This document shows, in pieces, positions 53,835-63,893 of a stretch of 63,893 nt of DNA (position 1 is the first letter of the stretch; each line of letters begins with the position of its first letter). The stretch covers positions 26,209,264-26,273,156 of the forward strand of contig JARFYF010000036.1 in assembly GCA_030265395.1 (NCBI GenBank). Direction: 5' to 3'. Source of the stretch: Rhina ancylostomus. Taxonomy: Eukaryota. The notes under the pieces were generated by a model, which saw only the letters and a list, made by a program, of their open reading frames with translations, searched no databases and had not been told where the DNA came from. Position numbers and translations under genes: made by a program.

Positions 53835-53915
53835 AACAAGTAAGATGCTGGAGCAACTCAGCATGTCAGGCAGCATCTGTGGAGGAAAATGGAAAGTCCA
53901 TGTTTCAGGTCAAGA
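53835..53915 (-). mobile_element. Penelope-like terminal fragment
   Basis: gatgctggagcaactcagcatgtcaggcagcatctgtggagg...gtttcaggtcaagacc. Confidence 0.75.
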
Positions 53916-54341
53916 CCAGTTTAGCACAGGAAGTACCTTCATCAAAATATAAAATCAGGAAATAAAAGGGGAGCATTTGAAGTAGAAAGTTAATTGTGTT
54001 ATGGATGCAAGGTATTTGGGCTGAATCTACTGGGAAAGATATGAAACTTGCATGTAGAAGGAAGAAAATTCTGGGATACTAAAACATAACATAGGGATTT
54101 TTTCTAAATTTGGCTAATAATTTGAGAGTAAGGACATAATAAAATTGAATTGCTGATGATATCTTTTCTGTAAAACAGTAAGCAACAAGCAAACCAATTT
54201 GAAGTTTAGTAGACGTTGGACAGAACCTTCAATATCTTCCACTTTGTTTAATACAGAGAAATGGCTTAAATTTTAAATAAAAACATAACTAGACGGATTA
54301 TTTTAATGGAAAACAATGTTTGGAACTGATAAAGACACAGC

Positions 54342-54415
54342 TGGGATCATAGGATGTAGCTTCTAGGACCTTCTTGTCCTTGAGGAGGTCCCAGAAGCTA
54401 CGCCCTATGATCCCA
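54342..54415. repeat. 74-nt stem-loop (33-bp arms, 8-nt loop)
   Basis: tgggatcataggatgtagcttctaggaccttct / aggaggtcccagaagctacgccctatgatccca gives 29 Watson-Crick pairs, 2 G-U pairs and 2 mismatches. Confidence 0.9.
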
Positions 54416-54799
54416 AAAGACCAAGAGGAAATAAAAAAGAATGATTCCATGAATGCCTAGAAAAAGATCAAAGGTTTAGATTGAGGGTAAAAGAAGTGGC
54501 TTTATTGATACCTTTAAGATCATCATGTGACAGGAAAATAGATTCCAAGATGACAACAGTGCAAACTGCAAGAAAAATTATCAAAGTGTGCTAAACGTAC
54601 AGAAGATTGTACCTAGGAGAAACTGAAAATAGAAGTCATATACATAAAAAAAAATGCTGACAGCAGTGCAAAAGCTGTGGAAATGAAATAAAACTGCAAG
54701 TGCTATAATACACAGCAGGTCATATTCTTCTTTACCAAGGCTCACTTTGAGGAATGGAGCAAACCAAGTGTAGTCAAAAGAAATAGTATTTGATAAGTT

Positions 54800-55200
54800 G
54801 CTAATAAATCCTAAAGATCCAATTATTTATATCCCAGAATTTTGAAAGAACTGGCTTTTGAGATCTGGTTGCTCTGATTATCATTTTCCAAGGTTCTGTA
54901 GATTCTGGAACAGTTCCTATGGGTTGGAGGTGACAAATGTGACCCCACTATTTAAGTAAGGAGAACAGAGAGTAAACAGGGAACTACCATCCTCCTGGCA
55001 TAATGTCAATGACAGTGAAAATACTGGAATCTACAAATGAAGAATTTAATGACAGAACGTCTCAAAAACAATAGGATTGAGCAGAGCCGACATGAATTTT
55101 TAAAAGGGAAATCATATTTGACTAATTTTCAGGAGTTTTGAGGATGTGACAAGGAGAATAGGCAAGGGAGAACCAGTGGATGTAAGGTATTGACTTTTTG
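54800..55200 (+). mobile_element. CR1 LINE RT fragment
   Basis: YPRILKELAFEI...IIFQGSVDSGTVPMGWR.TNVTPLFK...GNY...FLKGKSYLTNF...EDVTRRIGKGEPVDV. Confidence 0.9.
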
Positions 55201-55471
55201 AGATTTTACTTTATGTTAGATGTTTATTCTGGACAAATGTTTCATTTCATGCTTTCCTCCGAGTTACTGCACAAGTGGCGAACCAAGAGGTTTATTCAAG
55301 TTCTATAGATGGGGAAGACTGGGCTATCATTCATGTGAACAGCCTCTCTGGAGGTAGCTTTGTCACAGTGAATATCAGGAGGAGCAACCATGGTCAGTGT
55401 CAACAAGCATTATAGTGTAGATTTCAGGGTTCTTATGATNNNNTAACATGTATTGAAGAATTTAACTGGGC

Positions 55472-57144
55472 ATCCAAAAAAGACCAAAGAGAAATTTCTT
55501 AGAGGGAATTGGGGCATGGAATGCTCTGCTCTGCCACCCAGTCGTTCAAAAAAACTGATCTTTTCAATGGAAAGATGTTTATCACAGCAGAAAAAAAAGA
55601 GTAACACCAAGAATAATGCATTTGTTATCGGGGCAGGAGCCCACTGAGATGCACTGTACCTGCGACTGAGAAGACCAATACCAATGCAGAACTAGAGTAC
55701 TTTCATGGGAGGTACTCAGCTGGTTTTCACATCCAGTTCACCAAACCCTTAATCTTTGCAGTATATTTTTGAAGGTGGTCATGAGAAATTCAAGTACAGT
55801 AGAGCATTACACCCAAGTAGGATGAAAATGGGCATCTATAATTTCTCTCTGCAAAAGGTGAAGTTGGGATGGACATTCTTTGTGATTGGGGAAGTGAAAT
55901 CTGAGACTTTTGACTTGGTTAGAGCCTTCATGCAGATATCCACTGCCATTTCTGGCAGATCAAGATTCCACATGCCTTCCTTCTCCTTTCCAGCCTTTGA
56001 CCGAGCACTAAGTGCTCAGCCATTAGGATAAGCAATTTTTCCTCAGAGCAGTAACAGGCATAAATGGTTTATGAAGAAAGATGGGGGCAAAAATTCTTCC
56101 ACGTGGGAAATCATTATTTTGGATCCTTGATCTGTTCACTAAACCAGATGCAAAACACAAGATTATTAAGAAATGGCCACAAAACACAGAGCAGTCTGAC
56201 ACATGGAAAAAGGCACAACAACTTTTGCAATGTCCATGCTTTCTAGCAGCATGACATTCAACATAAAAGGTCAATGAATGAAGTGGCAATTTTGAGGATG
56301 TGCTGAAAGCTATCGTCAATGTCCAAGGTCAGAAGCCCACTTAGACATACAGTAACTGGCGTTGAGAAGACCAACACTATAGCAGAGGTGCAGAGTCATT
56401 GGTTCACTGCAGCTTCAGTATGGTATGAAACATGCTTCTTCTGTGTGGATAGAGCCTTGATAAATGGGTTAATTGTTCAGAATCAAATTCGACAGCCAGC
56501 TTGTGATCCAGCCTGAAAGGTGGAAATCCAAAACAGGAAAATCAAAAACTCATGTTATCATAACATGACAAACTGCCTAATGCAACACAACAGAAACCCA
56601 ACAGCTCAGGCTGTGGGAAGAGTTGAAACTCCCTATAGACTAATCCAATAGGTGAATTTATTGGACATTTCTTTCCTGTTAGATTCAACTTTGTGTATAC
56701 AATAACCATTAAATNNNNNNNNNNNCTGAAAAATGTTACTATTTAAAAACTATCAGGTATTTAGTATATTAAAAAAGAAGTGCAGATCAAAAGTGAAAGA
56801 GAACAAAGGTTAATAGAAATTGGTCAGGCTACAGGAATGGATATGGTGTACTCTGGAGGTGCATGTTGGGACCACTTCATAGGCATTATTTATTTGATGA
56901 AGGAGAAATTAAAATTTGATCCCAATTCGAGAGAGTGATAAAAGGACAGTGAATGGGTTCAGCTTATGACAGATAAGTTACAAGTTTAAGGGAATCAGTT
57001 TATAAATTATAAATCCAAAAAGGAAAGGACCAAAGAAAAATTTCTTCAAGGGTGTTGGGGCATGGAATGCTGCGCTCCGCCACCCAGTTGTTGAGGGAAA
57101 AAAAAACTGATCTCTCCAAGGGAAAAATGTTTATCACAGCAGAA
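55472..57144 (+). repeat. Dispersed direct repeat: 55472-55592 and 57013-57144 (decayed CR1-like 3' sequence)
   Basis: Shared gaccaaaga.aaatttctt, ttggggcatggaatgct, gccacccagt, aaaaactgatct and atgtttatcacagcagaa. Confidence 0.85.
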
Positions 57145-58064
57145 GAAACATCAAGGATAGAGAACTGGGCCGTGAAAAGATTTGGTTTGCTATACAGACA
57201 ATTTAGCCGTAATTAGCCCAACTACTCAGCAGGAACTGAGAAAATAGTTACATAGGATAACAAGACAAGAGTAGGTTTAAGGAAAAAAAATAATCACAAA
57301 AATTTGGAAAAAATATTTAGCGGGGAGGGTCGTGGTGGTGGTGTTCAATGAATGTTCTAATTGTAGAGCAATGGTAAGATTAGCAAAACACACCAATTGC
57401 AAGCAGATATAAAAACACGAAATCTGCAAAGTCAGCAGTGATCAGAGCAGCAGATGATGCATGGCTATAGGATAGGTCACAATTCTAGGATAGGACACAA
57501 TACTGGTTGAGCTCAGACACATGAGCACCTGTTAGTTAACTTGATGGAATACATTATGTAACCTTGCACTGAAATTTATATTCCAGGATTCCAAGAGCTT
57601 TGTCCAGCTCAGAAAAGATCATATATTGTCATGGTTCATTTCATAGGCACTATCAAGAATATTTTGAGTTCATTCTCATTTACACTATATCTTTTTTAAA
57701 AACATGAAAAATGTTTCACAAGTAAATAAATGTGCAGGGAGATTAATTTGATCTTCAAATAATGTTTCTCAAACATCTTAAGAGATGGTTCAAGTTAGCA
57801 TTTTGTACTAATTCCTCCATTAATGAGTGAGCTATCAATGTTTTGTAGATCTGATGGTGTGGTATAACAATGCAAGTGAGCACTGAATATCAAACCTCAT
57901 ATTTCTGTTCTACAATTAGTTATCCACAATCCTTTCCTGCTCATGATATTATTTTAGTTCAAATGTTTTTTTTGATCAAAGTACATTTTTAAAAGTGATA
58001 ATTTGAACTTCAGACACTTCTAAGCCCTCCATGTGAAAATAATGAATAACCAGCAGAAAGGAGA

Positions 58065-58215
58065 AAAGGAATAAATAATGATGGTCGGAGCAATGGTCAA
58101 AAGCTAGTGAAAATAGGATTTGATTTTGTGATCAAATACAATTGACGACAAAGGAATTCCAAAAGCTGGCAGTGAGCAATCACCAGCAATGAGCTGGAGG
58201 GAGTGGGAGACAAGC
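58065..58215 (-). mobile_element. L2 3' fragment
   Basis: atggtcaaaagctagtgaaaataggatt...ggaattccaaaagctgg resembles the reverse complement of the L2 tail. Confidence 0.45.
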
Positions 58216-59344
58216 AGTCACCCCAAAATGCCCTATCCAGTATACTCTCTCCCTGGTGGATCCATTTTTTGATGTTTTAAACAAGGCATAATGTGAAAAA
58301 GAATGGGCTATATCAACAAAGCAGCTTCTAACATTGTAATTGGCTAATCAAAGATCTATCTTTTGATTATCGTTGTTATTCTATATCAACTCATGACAGA
58401 TCTGCCCTCAAAGTCCTTTCATTCCTTCAAGAAAACAGGACAGTAGGTATTGGTGTTTTGTTTCTATTATATTTTACTGGATTAGGGGAGAAATATGATC
58501 AGAAAACAGTGTGCAGTAGCAGATCCAACCACTGTTCTTTTCCTTTTGGCGTCAGGGTTTAATTTCATTGCAGTGTGGCGTTTCATTGGCAAAATAAATT
58601 TTGCCAGTTTCCACACACCTCCATACAAACTAATGAGATGAATATACTATGCAAAAGCTGCTCATAATTCAACTATAATTGGTTCTCAAGGACAATCTCA
58701 TTCAACATTTCACCCTATTTCAAACTACTGTTATACTTGACTCAATGCTAATGTTGCATAACTTATTTTAATGACCAGATAAACATGCCCAATTATAGAA
58801 CATGACTGCAGAGACACTGGCTATTGGTCTCACTAAATCCATTCTACTGGGTTTCTTTTGCATTTAACCATCTTTCCTAACCCTAACCCCCAGCTTGCTT
58901 GCTATGCTATAATATCACTCTTTTACAGATGACTATTATTCCTTTTCAAAGTACACCCTATGTTAAGAATTTCATCTTCTAGCTGTGCTTAGTAAAGATA
59001 CTTTATCTGAATCTTTTCTGCAGTTATGGGTATGGACAGAAACATTAGTAACTTCTGAGCAATAAGAATCTCCTTAGACAAGCTAGATGAGGATGCATTT
59101 AAATGTACACAAAGCAATCTTGTGTTAAGACAACGTTAAAATTGGACTGGTTATCAGTAGGCAACAGGACAAAACTTGTTTCTCTGCTTACTTTGACTTT
59201 ATATCATGCCAACAGTCCAGATTTAGTTTGCACTTATACTTCAAGCTCTCACTATGAAACACAGATTACACTGATGCCATATCTGTACACATGGTCTGAG
59301 AAGCACATCATTACAGAGCTAATAGGTCATCTTCTCTAACACAT

Positions 59345-59655
59345 CAATGTCATATGCCTCACAGCTGCAGCATCCCTGGTTTGGGTCACAACCTCTGGTT
59401 TATCTGAGTAGAGTTTGCACATTGCCCTGTAAATGCATGGGTTCCTGCCTCACATCTCACATAATGGCAGCTTAATTGGCTACTCTGTAAATGACACCAG
59501 TGGCAAAAGCAGCAAAGGGGAGAGGAAGTCGGGGCAAGGAGCAGGTTTGTTGATGGGCGTATCACAGAAAGCAAGTTGCACAATTCAAGGGAAATGAGCA
59601 CAAAATGGGATTTATGGGATTGGTCTGTTGGGAGCCAGCATCAACTTGATGCATC
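59345..59655 (+). mobile_element. V-SINE, decayed
   Basis: tgcctcacagctgcagc...gagtttgcacattgccctgt...gcatgggttcc...ttaattggctactctgtaaat. Confidence 0.75.
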
Positions 59656-61884
59656 ATAATTAAGTCCAATGCCCCAAGGGGGACAAAAACACACATCACA
59701 TTGTCATTGTCCTTCCAAAATGTAAATCAGTTTTGAGACACATTCTGATCTTTGATCTTGTGATTCTATCCGAAACACCAATCTTGGGGAATGCCTGGGA
59801 GCAGTATAACAACTTAGTGTTGTTGCATTTGGCACTGAAAGCAGGTGAATGAGAACCTAACCATACTTGGGCTTGAAAACTCTAGTCAAAGCAACACAAT
59901 TACAAGTATCTAACCATTGTCACACTGTGCAAGAAGCTTCACAATTGTCAGAAGTAAAAACGTCTCACAAATAAGACATGCAAAAATATAACAGAGGCAC
60001 ACCCTTCTTGAATCTGCTTCTCATAATATTGTCTTTTACGAGACCCTTAATGTGGCAAATCATAATACTTGTAGGTTTAAAAATCGACTCTACATAAATT
60101 CTCTGAAATACCTGACAAAGAGGAACAACAACTAGTTCAACTATTTTATGATATCACAACAAGACACTATCTCTAGAAAATAACAAAAAAAAGTGTCTCT
60201 CTTTTTGGTCATTTCCAAACAAAATGAATACAGCAAAATACAGAAACCACAAGACAGAGTGATGAAACTTTGACCACAGTACATAAATGTTTTTTTAATA
60301 ACCACATTTAAGCAAATCAAAATAAATCTATAATTAAATGGGATTAACTTCACAAATGGTTGATGGAACATTTTCATAACTAAGTCAAAAGATGGAAATA
60401 TTGGTATCCTACTAACTTTACAAATAGTCAATCAACTTTGGACTATTTTGCACAGTATAATGTTAGTGTTATGAATGTCTAAGATGAGTTGAGATTGTTC
60501 TTCATATTGATGTTCTTCTTCCAGACTCTGAATTTCTTTGACCATATCATATTTATTGTAGACAATATGAATAGTATCATACTTTTAATGTGAGAGGAAG
60601 TCAATGGTAAATAGATTAATATCTTTTTAAATAAATAAAATGTGAAGCTCTCTGGGAAGAAAACACTATTTTCTAAAACAAAATTCTCTAGATATTTAGA
60701 TACATCACATCCTCAAACTCTTTAAAGTAATATTTTGAGTTCTAAATGTTCAAAACTCTGGACAAAATTACCCATTAGCAGTCAGTGAGATCACCACCAT
60801 TGCGAGCACACTCAATTCAAAATTATGTGGGGCTATTTTGATTGTGGGTTCCTGAGATAATTGCTGCATTTCTAAGTGCAACATTTCATATAGCTTCTTT
60901 TATAGATTATAGTACTCCTCTTATTGATATACATATGTGCTCACTTTTACTTTCAAATCACCCAAAACTTCAACAATTGATTTCAACAAGTTTAACAACT
61001 TGCTGTTGCTCTTTGCCAGGTATCTTAGGGAATTGGTGTAGAACCAGTTTTAACCCCACTTGCAGTTTGATTTGCCAAACTGAGAAAGGGTCTCAAGAAA
61101 ATCAACAGCACAAGAGGCACATCGGACAAGGTTCTTTACCCCAATTTTTATAACCCATTACTCCCTCATCTCTACACTCCCAAATAGAAAGTCAGCACAT
61201 TCCCCCAAATATAATTAGCAGTCATGTTTTGTACAAAGAGACATGATAATTTTGAAAAATGAATTAGCAAAGCATCATTCCCATTAATGCAGATTCCAAA
61301 GGCAAATCATGTAGAATATGCATCCAAACAGAAATAGTTTACATTCTTCAAACACACCAAAATTCAGATGGCAATCCTTAATACAAGATGTACCATTGCT
61401 CTAATCCTCATTTAAAATACAAAGAAAATATAAATGCAATGGATTATCAACACTGACATTTAAAAGATGAAATGCCCATATACAACCCAGAGTAGGACAA
61501 AATGTGTGTGGCATTTATCACACTTAAAAGGAATAATACTGAAGGAAACAACGACTAAGATCTTACCAAGAATAAGTTGTATTTCACTGAAGTCTCTTAA
61601 CTACAAGTGGGAAACAGAAAATGTGTTCAAAACGATTGTTTGAAGAAAATTTATAATAAGAAAAATAGTTTCCACAGGTTAGAAGGAACAATGGGGAAGA
61701 TTAGCATATTTTTTTTCATCGAACAGGAGTGTAAGAACATTTATGCATCACTACAGGTGGCTTTTTCAGGCAGAAACTATGACCCAACTAAGAAGAGTAA
61801 CAAAACAACATGTTTAGGATTCATCTACATCCAAATGGAGATAACTTAAGACATTTCCTCACCAATTGTGACAAAGTCTCTCCA

Positions 61885-61955
61885 ACCTAAAATGTTTATT
61901 GTTTCTCACAGATGCTCTCTGACCTCGGTGTTTCCAGTATTTTATTTCAGAATTC
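61885..61955 (+). mobile_element. Penelope-like terminal fragment
   Basis: gtttctcacagatgctctctgacctcggtgtttccagtattttatttcag. Confidence 0.55.
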
Positions 61956-63893
61956 CACCATAAGGTTTTTTTTAAATTTTCATTTCATAACGTGTCCCTC
62001 ACTGAAAACATATATCTGTCTTTTTACAAGCAGAGTACAGTTTCTCATTCCAGCATTTACTGTCAAGGATATTATTTCAAGGAAAATTGGCTGATTAAAT
62101 GAAAAACCATACGATTATGGGAAGTGGAATTACTGTGGATCTTAATAGCTGAAGAGCTCATATCATCACAATTGCATGGCCCTGAATAATCCTGTCTAAA
62201 AGATCAGCCGATTCTAGAAAATGAACAATACTTCAAACCATTTTTACATTCTGCCCTCATCCTTTGAACTACAGTAACTACATGAATAGCATATATTATT
62301 ATTGAACCCTCAGTGGTAGGCATTCCTTTTTAACCAAACTTTGGGCAAGCAAAAAGATTATTTACTTACACAAAACATCACTACAAATCTCTCTGCAAGA
62401 ATCCCAGCCCTTTGGGGAAGTCCCTGCACAAAGAAATAACCCCATTTTTGTTCTAGCTTTTCACCATATTATATCTAGGTCTTATGTTTATAAATGTTAA
62501 GGCTGATAAACTCCCATCTTGACTTAACTTGATCTTTTGACAGGTTTATCTCACCTATATTACATAAATGTAAAACCTGCTTAAACTATAGAAACCAATG
62601 AAAAGTTGGAACAGTGATCAAGTGTATTTTGTTATCCAAAGTTAAATAAGTAATAATTATTTGATCAAGTACTCCACCACCTTCATCTTGCAGAAACTTG
62701 CCTGCAATCATACACGACAATTCTTACATTAACAATTAGAGCATATCAAAACCAGTTCAAAAGATGCAAGGTATTTCTCCTTCAGATATCTATATGAATT
62801 ATTTCAGAAAGGTTTAAAATTAAATAATTTCATTGAATATTCTGACACCAAGTATAACATTTACAACAACATTAAATACCAAAAGCATTAGCATAACAAA
62901 CCACAACGCCATACAGCAAGGTGATAACCTAGTCAGGAAAAGTGTGCTGCATTCCAAAACAAGTGTGCATCAGCACTGCTCTATACTCACATCTTAGGTA
63001 CATGAATGTACTTCTGGAAAATGTAGTTGGGTAACTGATAATGGTCAATCCTAGATTACATTACTTCTTAGAAAAATCAATGAAATGTAGACCTGATATG
63101 ATAAACATTACTCCTACTTTTGTTGATGTATATTGATTATTGCATCTTTTGCCTACAACAACATTCTGTCATCTTTGTCAAGTTAATGCCATTAAATGCA
63201 TCTACCCAGCAAAAATTGAGCAAAGATGCATTTGGCAAATTTAACAATCAAAACAGGAACATCTTGTATGCAAAACAAAAGTAATCAGGATGGAATGTGG
63301 GAATTAAATTCTGAATCAGACATATACACCTAACTGTGGAAGCCAGAGGGGAAAAAGGTAAATACAAGCTGCTCCCAGAATGCCTTTTCATCAGCATGAC
63401 TGTTTCTTTTTAATTTCTATTTTGGGGATGGACAGGGAATTGAAGGCAAAGGGGAATAACATTCATCTAAAGTTTAAAAAAGATAATGCCATTTGTTCCT
63501 CCATATTACTAAGCAATAAGCTGTCTTTAAAATGAACTGTAAAATGCTTGAAAACTTTAAACACTAAACAGGTATACTCATGAACATAGAAATATATTTG
63601 TCTTCACTTTAAAACTCTATCCTGAAGTAGCTTACAAACTAAAACCAACATATAGACTTCTGCAATTTCTTTAACACTTTAAATTCCTAACAAATTAAGA
63701 GTATTTACGATAAAAGGAGTTCCACCCCCAATCAAACTCATGTTTAGATCTGTTCCAGTGACTTTGTAATGACTTCCAATTTAGCTTTTATTTTTAAACA
63801 AAAATTATCTCTAAAAGTTATGTTAACGTCAATACTTCAGACATGTTTGGATCCACATCTTTGGGTAACTGGTTTGTTGCGACAACACAAAAG

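Noticed and set aside
58876-58890. Telomere-like cctaaccctaaccc
   Set aside because: Only about two units, which is expected by chance.
1-63893. CRISPR array, operon, tRNA/rRNA genes or other prokaryote-type system
   Set aside because: No regularly spaced repeats and no gene-dense coding. The tRNA-like motifs are SINE heads, and the DNA is vertebrate intronic or intergenic.

Overview
This is eukaryotic, AT-rich, CpG-poor vertebrate DNA with many scaffold gaps. The repeat repertoire (V-SINE/HE1-like and Deu-domain SINEs, CR1, L2, RTE, Rex1/Babar, Penelope-like elements) points to a cartilaginous fish, probably a ray or sawfish; this is an inference. No intact protein-coding gene is visible. 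The supplied ORFs are chance ORFs, microsatellite or gap artefacts, or decayed retrotransposon fragments. The window most plausibly lies in the long 5' introns of a minus-strand gene. The best host-gene evidence is one clean 127-nt minus-strand exon (3144-3270), blocked in all three frames and carrying a 17-codon uORF; I cannot name the gene. Other structures read directly from the sequence are a ~150-bp near-perfect inverted repeat, a 74-nt pre-miRNA-sized hairpin, an LTR with 4-bp TSD, a TA-flanked MITE, a micro-inversion inside a LINE tail, nested LINEs, two convergent CTCF-like motifs and several candidate enhancers. I found no convincing new multi-gene system. Repeat boundaries are approximate and family calls rest on recalled consensus motifs, not on a search.
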